Positions 51,406-60,626 of a DNA stretch of 64,000 nt are shown piece by piece. A program made the position numbers and the translations under genes. Within the stretch, counting starts at the first letter, position 1; every line of letters begins with the position of its first letter. The notes below the pieces were generated by a model that saw only the letters and a list, made by a program, of their open reading frames with translations, searched no databases and had not been told where the DNA came from. The DNA lies in the NCBI GenBank assembly GCA_031459625.1, contig JAVKIH010000009.1, forward strand, positions 1-64,000, read 5' to 3'. This DNA is from Candidatus Geohabitans tengchongensis (GTDB lineage: Bacteria > Sysuimicrobiota > Sysuimicrobiia > Sysuimicrobiales > Humicultoraceae).

Positions 51406-52266
51406 CTGCGCCCGTTGCGCGGACTCATCCCGCTCTTGCCCGGTCTGGCGATCCTCGGCGTCTTCTTCCTCGTGCCCATGCTCGAACTTGTGCGCATGAG
51501 TGTCCTGAGACACGACCCCGTGCAGATCTTCACCGCGCAGCTGACCCTCGCGAACTACAGGCGCATCTTCTCCGATTCGTTTTACATCACGATGGTCGTG
51601 ACGTCCCTTCAGGTCGGTCTCGCCACCACCCTAGCTGCCCTCCTGGTGGGGTACCCGCTGGCGTACTATCTCACAACCATCCGCGGGTGGGAGCGGACCC
51701 TGATCTCGGCGGCGTGCCTCTTGCCCATCTTTGTCACCGTGGTCGTCGGCACGCTCGGCTGGTTCATCATGTTTTTGCCGTTCGGCGTCACGCAGAGGAT
51801 GTTGCACGCCCTCGGCTTGGTGGACGGGCCTCTCCGGCTGCTGAACACCCTCGAGGGGCTGGTCGCGGCCATGGTTTTCCTGGAGGCACCGTACGCCATC
51901 CTGATCCTGGCCAGCAGCATCCAGAACGTGGGGCAGGACAAGGTCAACGCCGCCCGCGTGCTCGGCGCTTCGACCGCCCAGATCTTCCGGAAGATCATGA
52001 TCCCCCTGACGATGCCGGCCATCGTCAGCAGCGCGGTCCTGGTGTTCTCCCTGAGCATTTCGTCCTACCTGGTACCGGCCCTGATCACCGGGGGCACGCT
52101 CAGACTGCTGCCGCTGGCGATCTTCACCTACACGACCGACGTCATCAACTGGCCGTTCGCGTCAGCGCTGGCTGTGGTCCTGCTCGTGCTGGTGCTGGGC
52201 GTGACCTACACGGTCACAGCGGTCACGAACCGCCTCACCGCGCGGGGGAAGTGGCAGGTGGTCTGA
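51406..52266 (+). CDS. ABC permease, PotB-like
   Basis: TLANY, GYPLAY, AARVLGAS, NWPFASALA; start uncertain (CTG 51406 or TTG 51415). Confidence 0.88.
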   Translation: MRPLRGLIPLLPGLAILGVFFLVPMLELVRMSVLRHDPVQIFTAQLTLANYRRIFSDSFYITMVVTSLQVGLATTLAALLVGYPLAYYLTTIRGWERTLISAACLLPIFVTVVVGTLGWFIMFLPFGVTQRMLHALGLVDGPLRLLNTLEGLVAAMVFLEAPYAILILASSIQNVGQDKVNAARVLGASTAQIFRKIMIPLTMPAIVSSAVLVFSLSISSYLVPALITGGTLRLLPLAIFTYTTDVINWPFASALAVVLLVLVLGVTYTVTAVTNRLTARGKWQVV

Positions 52267-53060
52267 TGGGACGGACGCTGCTGCGTCTGTATGCCTACCT
52301 GATGACCGCGGTCTTCTTCCTGCCCATCGCCGTGACCGTGCCCGTCGCCGTCACGACCACTGGCTACGTCACCTTTCCCCCCGTCGGGTTCACCCTCAAG
52401 TGGTTCCACGCAGCCTTCGCCGACAAGATCCTCATGGACGCGCTCGGCCGCAGCGTCATGCTGGCGCTCACTTCGTCCGCCGTCTCCGTCGCGGTAGCCT
52501 TCCTGGCGGCGTTCGCGGTGGAGCGGAACGGCTTTCGTGGCAAGGACGTCATCGAGACCTTCTTCATGGGGCCGAAGATGGTCCCGCAGATCATCCTCGT
52601 CTTGGGGTTGCTGGTCTTTTACGAATCCGTCGGTCTCGCCGAGACGGCCGTCGGGCTGCTCATGGCCCACGTCATGATCAGCCTGCCGTTTGCGTTCCGC
52701 GCTCTCCTCGCCACCATCGGGGCGATCGACCGTCGGCTCGAGTGGAGCGCTGAGATCCTGGGGGCCAGCCGCGTGCAGGTCCTGACGCGCATCATCCTGC
52801 CGCAGATGAAGACCGGTGCCTACGCGGCCTTCATCTTCGCCTTCATGGCGTCCTTCACGAACGTCACAATGGCCCTCTTCCTGGCCGCCGTCGGTAGAAA
52901 GACCCTTCCCGTGGAGATGTTCCATCGGATGCACGTCGGAGGCATGAGCCCCACGCTCCCGGCGCTGGCGTTCGTTCTGGCGCTCGTCGGCATCGGCGCG
53001 TTTATCGTCGCCGACCGCACTGTCGGTATCTACAAGTACCTGGGAGGCACAGGCCACTAG
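52266..53060 (+). CDS. ABC permease, PotC-like
   Basis: FPP.GFTLKWF, AH..ISLPF, LE.SA..LGAS, TLPV. Confidence 0.9.
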   Translation: MGRTLLRLYAYLMTAVFFLPIAVTVPVAVTTTGYVTFPPVGFTLKWFHAAFADKILMDALGRSVMLALTSSAVSVAVAFLAAFAVERNGFRGKDVIETFFMGPKMVPQIILVLGLLVFYESVGLAETAVGLLMAHVMISLPFAFRALLATIGAIDRRLEWSAEILGASRVQVLTRIILPQMKTGAYAAFIFAFMASFTNVTMALFLAAVGRKTLPVEMFHRMHVGGMSPTLPALAFVLALVGIGAFIVADRTVGIYKYLGGTGH

Positions 53061-53088
53061 GGGCCGCACAGCTCTGGAAGGACTCGGG

Positions 53089-54255
53089 TTGCGTATCACT
53101 GAGGTAGCGATCTATCGCGTCGACCTCCCCCTGGCGGAGCCCTTCGAGCATGCGTCCTCAGGACTGGTTACCGCTCTGGAGGAGGTCGTCGCGGCGGTCC
53201 GCACAGATGCCGGGCTCACCGGGTACGGAGAGGTGCGGGGCAACTGCGGCTACGTGACTGGCGACGTCCCGGACAGGGTGGTCGCCGTCGCCGCCCATCT
53301 GGCGCCGTTGCTCCTGGGCCGCCCTGTGGAGGACCTGGCCCGGCTCCGGGCCGCTCTCGAGGATGCAGTCGTCGGCAACACGGCGGCCAAGGCCCTCCTC
53401 GACATCGCCCTCCACGACCTCCTGGCCCGCGCGCGGGGCATCTCCGTGGCGGAGCTGCTCGGGGGCCAGGTGCACGACCGGCTGCCCACCGACGTCAGCG
53501 TGCCTTTCGGCACGGTCGAGGCTGCGGCAGACCAGGCTCGCCGGGCGGTCCGCGAAGGGTACCGCACGATCAAAGTGCGCGTCGGCGGGCCGACCGCGGT
53601 CGACGAGGCCCGGCTGGCGGCGGTCCGGGAAGCCGTCGACGCAGCAGACGGCCCGGAAGTCGCGGTCGCGGTCGACGCTAACGGGGCGCTGGAGGCCAAG
53701 GAGGCCGTACGCCGCCTGCGGCGGTGGGAGCGGTATGGGCTGGGGTGGATCGAGCAGCCGGTCCCTGCGTGGGATATCCGGGGGCTGCGGTACGTGCGCG
53801 AACATACCGACATCCCGGTCATGGCCGACGAGTCCGTCCTCGGGCCCCGGGAGGTGCTGGCGCTGGTCCGGGAGCAGGCGGTCGACATGCTGCACTTCAA
53901 GCTGGTGAAGGCGGGAGGGTTCGTGCCCGTCCGCCGCATGATGGCGATCGCCGAGGCCGCCGAGATCCCTTACATGGTCGGGCAGATGGACGAGGGCATG
54001 GTGGCGACGGCAGCGGCGGTCCAGTGCGCTGCAGCCTCCCGGGCCGCCTTCTTCGAGGTGCACGGGCACCAACGCGTCGCGATGCAGCCCTTCTCGGGCA
54101 TCCAGGTCGCTGGCGGCGCCGTCATCGTCCCGCGGGGCCCGGGCCTCGCGGTGGACGTGGACGAGCGCGCGCTGAAGCTCGTCTTCCTCGTCAGGGCGGA
54201 CGACGTACGCGGAGGGGTCTCGTCGGGCGGGACGTCGTCAGGGTCGGCCGGATGA
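53089..54255 (+). CDS. Enolase superfamily, muconate lactonizing enzyme/dipeptide epimerase-like
   Basis: [44 protein letters not shown]. Confidence 0.88.
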   Translation: MRITEVAIYRVDLPLAEPFEHASSGLVTALEEVVAAVRTDAGLTGYGEVRGNCGYVTGDVPDRVVAVAAHLAPLLLGRPVEDLARLRAALEDAVVGNTAAKALLDIALHDLLARARGISVAELLGGQVHDRLPTDVSVPFGTVEAAADQARRAVREGYRTIKVRVGGPTAVDEARLAAVREAVDAADGPEVAVAVDANGALEAKEAVRRLRRWERYGLGWIEQPVPAWDIRGLRYVREHTDIPVMADESVLGPREVLALVREQAVDMLHFKLVKAGGFVPVRRMMAIAEAAEIPYMVGQMDEGMVATAAAVQCAAASRAAFFEVHGHQRVAMQPFSGIQVAGGAVIVPRGPGLAVDVDERALKLVFLVRADDVRGGVSSGGTSSGSAG

Positions 54256-55130
54256 GCCGCCGAGAGGTCCGACTGCTCCCCGTCCTGGACACCGACCCGC
54301 CCGGCTACAACGCCGTGGTCTCGGGTCGCGTAGCGGCAGACGACGTGGCGGGTCCGGGCGTGCTGTCGGATCGGCTGGTCGAGACCAAACGGGCGCTTGA
54401 GGCCTTTCTGGAGATCACCGGAGGCCGCGGTGTCGTGAACGTCCACACGAGCCCGTTCTTCCGCTTGACGTTCCTGACCGAACCGTTCCTGGCCCTCTGG
54501 CACATGGCCAGCGCCGGCGGCTGTGACATCGCCCTGCACGCGCACGAGGACCGGCCCGGAGGCCGTACCTGGTTCCACGACCGGGTGCACGTGGCCCGCG
54601 TGCTCGCGGAGGGCTCGGCGAAGCTGCGGGAGGCGGGCCTGACCGTGCGCGCCTTCCGGAGCGGCTACTGCGCCTTCTCGACCCACCTCATCCCCGTCCT
54701 CGAGGCGAATGGGATCGACGTGGACCTGTCGGCTGCCCCCGGCATCGTCAACCCCGAGCGGGACGTGGACTGGCTCGGAGGCCCCACGACGGCTCAGTGG
54801 CTCGACGCGCGGGATTACAGGACGGCGCCGCCCCGCGAGCCTAGCCGGGTCCTGACGGTCCCCATCGGATGGGACGGATGGCCCGGAGGGTACGCCGGCC
54901 ACTACCTTTTCAACGAGGTGAACACAGAGGCCGACCTCGCGCGCGTGTATCACGAGATCCGTCGCCGCGCCGAGCGCGAGGGACGGCCGCAGACGGTCCT
55001 GTTCCTCTGCCACGCCTATGGTCTGTGCCACGCGGCATGGCGTGCACAGGCCGACCGCTTCCTGTCGGCCGTGCGCGACGACCTGGTGGGCGTGGAGGAT
55101 GTTAGAGCCGCAGTTGGGGAGGACGGGTGA
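54252..55130 (+). CDS. Polysaccharide deacetylase (CE4/NodB)-like hydrolase
   Basis: LDTD, IALHAH, AFRSG, VDLS. Confidence 0.6.
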   Translation: MSRREVRLLPVLDTDPPGYNAVVSGRVAADDVAGPGVLSDRLVETKRALEAFLEITGGRGVVNVHTSPFFRLTFLTEPFLALWHMASAGGCDIALHAHEDRPGGRTWFHDRVHVARVLAEGSAKLREAGLTVRAFRSGYCAFSTHLIPVLEANGIDVDLSAAPGIVNPERDVDWLGGPTTAQWLDARDYRTAPPREPSRVLTVPIGWDGWPGGYAGHYLFNEVNTEADLARVYHEIRRRAEREGRPQTVLFLCHAYGLCHAAWRAQADRFLSAVRDDLVGVEDVRAAVGEDG

Positions 55131-55939
55131 GGATGGACCGGCGCGCCACCGAGCCTGCCCTGGAGGGCAAGGTCGCCCTGGTCACAGCGTCCACCGACGG
55201 GCTCGGCTTTGCCTGCGCGCTGCGGCTGGCCGAGGCCGGGTGCGCCGTCGCCGTCTGCGGTCGCCGCGAGGACCGGGTTGAGGCGGCCCGGGCGGCCATT
55301 GCGGAACGGAGCGGGAAAGCCGTAGTGGGGGTCGCCGCCGACCTGCGGCATGCAGACGACATCGACCGCCTCTTCCGGCGGACCCTCCAGGCACTGGAGC
55401 GGCTGGACATTCTCGTGGTGAACAGCGGCCATGTCCCATACGGGGGGCTGGAGTCGCACCCCGACGAGACGTGGCAGGAGGCCTTCGAGCTGCTGCTGCT
55501 GAGCGCGGTGCGGCTGGCCCGGCTGGCCGTGCCCGTGATGCGATCACAAGGCGGCGGCGACATCGTGTTCCTCACGTCGTCCGTGGTGAAGGAGCCGAAG
55601 CCTCACCTGTTACTTTCTAGCGTGATGCGGACCGGGGTCGCGGCTCTGGCCAAGACCCTCTCCCGTGCGCTCGCCCCCGATAACATCCGCGTGAACACGG
55701 TGGCTCCGGGCTACTTTGACACGGGCCGGATCCGTGCCCGCCTCGAGGAGTTGCGCACGACGCAGGCGCTCGGGTCGGAGGAGGCGCTGCGGCGGGTCGC
55801 CGGCGAGATCCCTCAGGGGCGGCCGGGGGACCCGCGCGAGCTGGCCGAGCTGGTGGCCTTTCTGGTGAGCCGGCGGACCGCCTTCCTGACGGGGGCCACG
55901 ATCGTTGTGGACGGCGGCGCCAGTCGCGCCCTGCTTTGA
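55127..55939 (+). CDS. SDR family oxidoreductase (atypical, no YxxxK)
   Basis: VTASTDGLG, LDILVVN, LSSVMR, IRVN.VAPG, IP.GRPG, TG.TI.VDGG. Confidence 0.9.
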   Translation: MRMDRRATEPALEGKVALVTASTDGLGFACALRLAEAGCAVAVCGRREDRVEAARAAIAERSGKAVVGVAADLRHADDIDRLFRRTLQALERLDILVVNSGHVPYGGLESHPDETWQEAFELLLLSAVRLARLAVPVMRSQGGGDIVFLTSSVVKEPKPHLLLSSVMRTGVAALAKTLSRALAPDNIRVNTVAPGYFDTGRIRARLEELRTTQALGSEEALRRVAGEIPQGRPGDPRELAELVAFLVSRRTAFLTGATIVVDGGASRALL

Positions 55940-55982
55940 TGGCATCTCAGTCAAGGACTACGGAAGGGATCGGCTGGGCATA

Positions 55983-56020
55983 GTAGAAAGTATCAATTTG
56001 CCATGATACATGATACTCAA
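55983..56020 (+). promoter_or_regulatory. Conserved 38-bp upstream element, copy 2
   Basis: GTAGAAAGTATCAATTTGCCATGATACATGATACTCAA; contains a GTATCA/TGATAC dyad. Confidence 0.75.
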
Positions 56021-56214
56021 TCCGAAGCGCTGGAGGGGAAATGAGGAAGAACCGTCCAGGCGACGCCATGGGGACCGGGACGGGACAGGCTCCAGAGGGG
56101 CTAGGGGTCGCCTGGAGGCAAGGATCGCTTGGGGGCTGTTCACGCCATTCCCCATGCTCTTTGCGATGACGACTGAAGCCTGGGCCTCGGGGGCCTCGGC
56201 CGGAGGGGGAGAGG

Positions 56215-57117
56215 ATGAGCGGGGAGCTGGCCGGCTGGGTCGTGGCCGTCCTGGGCGGCGACCGCCGGATGCTCGAGCACATGCGCCAGGCCCGCGCCGC
56301 CGGGGCCACCGTCCAGCACTACGGGGCGGCCCCCGGCGCGGAGGAGGCGGCCGGCGCGCCGGAGGCGCCGTCGCTGGCCGCGGCGGTGCGCGGGGCGCGC
56401 CTCATCTCCTGCCCCATCCCCGGGCTCGGGACCGACCACAGCCTCTACGCGCCCTTCGCCCGCGAGAAGCTCTTCCTCACCACCGAGGTCCTGCGCGGCG
56501 CGGCGCCGGGGGCGCTGATGTTCATGGGGCGGGTGAGCCCGCAGATCGCCGCCTGGGCGGAAGGCACCCCGGTCACCCCCATCGGATACGGGGACGACGA
56601 CCCGCTCGCCATCATGCACGCGGTACCCACGGCCGAAGGGGCGCTCAAGGAGGCCATCACCCACACCGAGGAGACGATCCTCGGCCTGCCCACGCTGTGC
56701 ATCGGCATGGGCCGCGTGGGGATGAGCGTGGCCCGGGCTTTCCGCGCGCTGGAGGCCCAGGTCACGCTGGCCGCGCGCAACCCCTCGCAGCTCGCCCGGG
56801 CCTGGGCCATGGGCCTGGCGACGGTGCACCTGCGGGAGCTGCCGCAGGTCATCGAGCGCTTTCCGCTGATCGTCAGCTCCGCCTCGGGGCTCGTCCTGAC
56901 GGGCGACCTGCTGGCCCGGACCCGACCCGACGTCGTGATCATCGACCTCTGCTCCCCGCCGGGGAGCGTGGACTTCGCCGCCGCCGCCGACCTGGGCCGC
57001 AAGGTGATCTGGGCGCGCGGGCAGGCCGGCACCGCCCCCCGGACCTCCGGCTACAACGAGTGGCAGGTGATCATGCGCCTGCTGCGCGAGCGCGTCCCGG
57101 ACCTGCGCCGGAGCTGA
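56215..57117 (+). CDS. Dipicolinate synthase subunit A (DpaA/SpoVFA)-like NAD(P)-binding protein
   Basis: AVLGGDRR, AVPTAEGAL, TEETI, GMGRVG.SVAR.F.AL.A.V..AAR, IIDLCSPPG.VDF, APRTSG. Confidence 0.8.
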   Translation: MSGELAGWVVAVLGGDRRMLEHMRQARAAGATVQHYGAAPGAEEAAGAPEAPSLAAAVRGARLISCPIPGLGTDHSLYAPFAREKLFLTTEVLRGAAPGALMFMGRVSPQIAAWAEGTPVTPIGYGDDDPLAIMHAVPTAEGALKEAITHTEETILGLPTLCIGMGRVGMSVARAFRALEAQVTLAARNPSQLARAWAMGLATVHLRELPQVIERFPLIVSSASGLVLTGDLLARTRPDVVIIDLCSPPGSVDFAAAADLGRKVIWARGQAGTAPRTSGYNEWQVIMRLLRERVPDLRRS

Positions 57118-57120
57118 GGC

Positions 57121-57969
57121 GTGGCGACGCTTCCCCAGCCTCGAGCGGAGGCGGCGCCGGTGGCCGCGCCGGCCGTCCTGGCGGCGCGCGGGGTCTACAA
57201 GATCTTCGTCTCCGGCCGGCCCCGGCGGGCCATCACGGCCCTGCGCGACATCAGCCTGGAGGTCCGGGCGGGGGAGTTCCTGGCCCTCATCGGCCCGTCG
57301 GGGTGCGGCAAGTCCACCCTGCTCAACATGTTCGCCGGGCTGGTGACCCCCACCGACGGGGCCGTCCTGCACGACGGCCGCCCCGTCCGCGGGGTGAACA
57401 CCCGGGTAGGGTACGTCACCCAGGACGACAACCTCCTCCCCTGGCGCACGGCCCTGGCCAACGTGGAGATCGCCCTCGAGCTCAAGGGGGTGCCGCCGGC
57501 GGAGCGGCGCGCCCGCGCCCTGGCCGGGCTGGCGCGCGTCGGCCTGCGCGGCTTCGAGCACCACTACCCCCACGAGCTGTCGGGGGGGATGCGCAAGCGG
57601 GTCTCCATCGTGCGGACCATCGTCGACGAGACCGTGAACGTCGTGCTGATGGACGAGCCCTTCGGCCCGCTGGACGCGCAGACGCGCCTGGTGCTGCAGG
57701 ACGAGCTGCTGCAGCTCTGGCAGGGCAGCGGGCGCACGGTCGTCTTCGTCACCCACGACCTCGTCGAGGCCATCGCGCTCGCCGACCGGATCGCCATCTT
57801 CACGCGCGCCCCGGGGACGATCAAGGCCGTCCGCCCGGTCCCGATCCCGCGTCCGCGCGACGTCTTCCACATTCACGAGGCTCCCGGGTTCGCGCCGGTC
57901 TACGACGCTATCTGGGAGGACCTGCGGGAGGAGATCACGGGGCGGCGGCCGGGAGATGGAGATGGCTGA
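57121..57969 (+). CDS. ABC ATPase, TauB/SsuB/NitT-like
   Basis: GPSGCGKST, LLPWRT, YPHELSGGMRKR, MDEPFGPLDAQTR, VTHDL.EA. Confidence 0.93.
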   Translation: MATLPQPRAEAAPVAAPAVLAARGVYKIFVSGRPRRAITALRDISLEVRAGEFLALIGPSGCGKSTLLNMFAGLVTPTDGAVLHDGRPVRGVNTRVGYVTQDDNLLPWRTALANVEIALELKGVPPAERRARALAGLARVGLRGFEHHYPHELSGGMRKRVSIVRTIVDETVNVVLMDEPFGPLDAQTRLVLQDELLQLWQGSGRTVVFVTHDLVEAIALADRIAIFTRAPGTIKAVRPVPIPRPRDVFHIHEAPGFAPVYDAIWEDLREEITGRRPGDGDG

Positions 57970-58837
57970 GGGCGTCCTGCGCCCGGGGTGGGAGGGGGCC
58001 GTGCCCCGCGAGGAGGCGCTCGCCCGGCAGGAGGTGTACCGGGCCGCGCGCGGGGAGCAGCGAGAGACGCTCCTCGTCCTCCTCTGGCAGGCCGGCCTGC
58101 TCGCGGCGCTGCTGCTGGGGTGGGGGCTGGCCTCGGGACGCGTCCTGGACCGCCTCTTCCTCAGCGACCCCCTGGCCGTGGGGAGGGCCTTCTGGCGGGT
58201 GCTCCTGGACGGCACGCTGTGGTTCCACCTCCGGTTCACCCTCCTCGAGACGCTCCTCGGCTACGTGGGCGGGGCCGTCGCGGGCCTGGTGGCAGCCGGC
58301 CTGGTCGTACTGGTCCCGGGACTGGAGCCTCTCCTCCGCCCCTTCGTGGTCGTGGCCTACGCGGTGCCGAAGGTGGCCCTGGCGCCGCTGATGATCCTCT
58401 GGTTCGGCATCGGCGTCCTGCCGAAGGTCCTGCTGGCCGGGACCTTCGTCGCCTTCCTGCTCTTCCTCAACACGCTGGCGGGGGCTGGAGGGGTCAGCCC
58501 CGACCTGGTGGCCGTGGTGCGGGTGATGGGGGCGTCGCGGCTCGCCGTCCTCCGCCGGGTCGTCCTGCCGGGCGCGACCCCGTTCGTGCTGGCGGCGCTG
58601 CGATTGGCCATCCCCGCCGCGCTCATCGGCGCTATCGTCGGGGAGTTCATCAGCAGCAACCGCGGCGTGGGCTACCTGATCAACGCGGCGAGCTCGCGCT
58701 ACCGCACGGCCGAGGTCTTCGCCGGCATCGTCGGGCTCCTGCTGGTGGTCCTGGCCATGAACGCGGCGGTCTCGGCGGTGGAGCGCCGCGCCCTGCGCTG
58801 GGTGCCGCGCGGCCGGGACCCGCTGGGGGTGCGGTGA
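57962..58837 (+). CDS. ABC permease, TauC/SsuC-like
   Basis: PKVALAPL.ILWFGIG, MGAS, GAIVGEF..SNRGVG; start 57956 or 57962. Confidence 0.9.
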   Translation: MAEGVLRPGWEGAVPREEALARQEVYRAARGEQRETLLVLLWQAGLLAALLLGWGLASGRVLDRLFLSDPLAVGRAFWRVLLDGTLWFHLRFTLLETLLGYVGGAVAGLVAAGLVVLVPGLEPLLRPFVVVAYAVPKVALAPLMILWFGIGVLPKVLLAGTFVAFLLFLNTLAGAGGVSPDLVAVVRVMGASRLAVLRRVVLPGATPFVLAALRLAIPAALIGAIVGEFISSNRGVGYLINAASSRYRTAEVFAGIVGLLLVVLAMNAAVSAVERRALRWVPRGRDPLGVR

Positions 58838-59475
58838 TGGCGATCCTCACTGCGCTGGCGGAGGTGCTGGCGCCGCAGCGCTGCGCCCTCCTCGTCGTCG
58901 ACGTCCAGCGCGACTTCGTCCACCCGGCAGGGTGGAGCGCGCGGCGCGACCCGCAGGCGGCGGCCCTCCGCGACGTCGTGCCGGTCATCAATGCCCTGGT
59001 GCGGGGCGCCCGGCGCGCCGCGGTCCCCGTGGTCTACGTGACCATGGAGCACGGCCCGGAGGTGGACGCGCCCAACTACCAGGCCCGCTACGCCCGGCGA
59101 GGCATGACCGACGAGATCCTCTGCGCCCGGGGGAGCTGGGGCGCCGCCCTGGACGACACCCTGCTGCCCCCCGAGCCGGGAGACCTGCGCGTGGTCCGCC
59201 ACACCTACGACGCCTTCGCCCGCACGTCCCTCCACGACCTCCTGCAGGCGCGCGGGGTGGAGACCGTGGTGGGGACCGGCGTGGTGACCGACCTGTGCGT
59301 CCGCACGACGCTCGAGCACGCCTTTGCCCTCGGGTACTACGTCGTGGCGGTGGAGGACGCCACCGCCGCCGTGCCTCCCGAGGCCGCCCGGGCGGCGCTC
59401 GATCACCTGGCCCGGTTCGTCGGCGAGGTCGTCCCCGCCGCGACCGTGCTGGGGGTGTGGAGCCGGGAGGCCTAG
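58837..59475 (+). CDS. Isochorismatase family cysteine hydrolase (RutB/NicF-like)
   Basis: LLVVDVQRDF, GSWGA, YDAF, GVVTDLCV.TT, VEDATA. Confidence 0.88.
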   Translation: MAILTALAEVLAPQRCALLVVDVQRDFVHPAGWSARRDPQAAALRDVVPVINALVRGARRAAVPVVYVTMEHGPEVDAPNYQARYARRGMTDEILCARGSWGAALDDTLLPPEPGDLRVVRHTYDAFARTSLHDLLQARGVETVVGTGVVTDLCVRTTLEHAFALGYYVVAVEDATAAVPPEAARAALDHLARFVGEVVPAATVLGVWSREA

Positions 59476-59477
59476 CC

Positions 59478-60626
59478 GTGGACCCCCGCCACCCCCCGGC
59501 GGTGCCGCTGGCCGAGTACCGCAACCGCGTGGAGGCGCTGCGGGCGCGGCTGGCCGCGGTGGGGGTGGAGACGTTGCTGGTCTTCACCCCGGAGAACGTC
59601 TGCTACCTCACCGGCTACGAGACCATCGGCTACGCCTCGTTCCAGGCGCTGGTGGTGCGGCCCGAGGCCCTCCTCCTGTTCGTGCGTGAGATGGAGCGCA
59701 CGGTGGCGGAGACGACCACCTGGCTCGACGACTTCGCCACCTACGCCGACACCGAGGACCCGGCGACCGCCCTCCTGGCCCTGCTCGACCGCCGGGGTTG
59801 GCGGCACGGCCGGGTGGCCGTCGAGCTGGCCACCTGGTTCGCGACCCCCGCGCTCGTGGACCGGCTGCGCGCCGGCCTGGACGAGCCGGTGGACGGGAGC
59901 GGGCTGGTGGAGGAGGGGCGCCGCGTCAAGTCACCGGCGGAGGTGAGCTTGATCCGCCAGGCGTGCCGCATCACCGAGGCCGGCATGGCGGCGGCCCTGG
60001 AGGCGGTGCGGCCCGGCGTCACGGAGCAGGCGGTGGCGAAGGCCGCCTACGGAGCGATGATGGACGCCGGCAGCGACTTCCTCGTGGGCGACCCCATCGT
60101 CACCTCGGGGTGGCGCTCGGGCGTGGCCCACACCACCTTCGGCGGGCGCACCCTGGAGCCGGGAGACACCGTGCTCCTCGAACTGGGCGGGTGCCGGCGG
60201 CGGTACTTCGGCCCCCTCATGCGCAGCGCCGCCCTCCCGCCGGTGCGCCCGGAGGTCCGCCGGATGGCCCGCGCCCTCCGGCAGGCGCTGGAGGCGGCGA
60301 TCGCCGCGATCCGTCCGGGCGCGACCTGCGGGGACGTGGACCGGGCCTGTCGGGACGTGCTCGCCGACGCCGGCTACGCCGACCTCTTCCGCAAGCGCAC
60401 GGGCTACTCCGTAGGCGTGGCCTTCGCGCCCGACTGGGGGGAGGGGCACATCCTCTCCCTGCGCCCTGACGACCCCACCCCCCTGGAGCCCGGCATGGTC
60501 TTCCACATCCCTCCGGCGCTGCGCGTCCCGGGGGAGTTCGGGCTGGGGTGCAGCGAGACCGTGCTCGTGACCGCCGAGGGGGCGGAGGTCCTCACCGCCT
60601 TCCCCCGGGACCCCTACGTCCCGTGA
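59478..60626 (+). CDS. M24 family hydrolase, ectoine hydrolase (DoeA/EutD)/creatinase-like
   Basis: PEN.CYLTGY, VKS.AE, AHTT, LELGG..RRY..PLMR, RTGYSVG.AF.PDWGE, SET. Confidence 0.82.
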   Translation: MDPRHPPAVPLAEYRNRVEALRARLAAVGVETLLVFTPENVCYLTGYETIGYASFQALVVRPEALLLFVREMERTVAETTTWLDDFATYADTEDPATALLALLDRRGWRHGRVAVELATWFATPALVDRLRAGLDEPVDGSGLVEEGRRVKSPAEVSLIRQACRITEAGMAAALEAVRPGVTEQAVAKAAYGAMMDAGSDFLVGDPIVTSGWRSGVAHTTFGGRTLEPGDTVLLELGGCRRRYFGPLMRSAALPPVRPEVRRMARALRQALEAAIAAIRPGATCGDVDRACRDVLADAGYADLFRKRTGYSVGVAFAPDWGEGHILSLRPDDPTPLEPGMVFHIPPALRVPGEFGLGCSETVLVTAEGAEVLTAFPRDPYVP

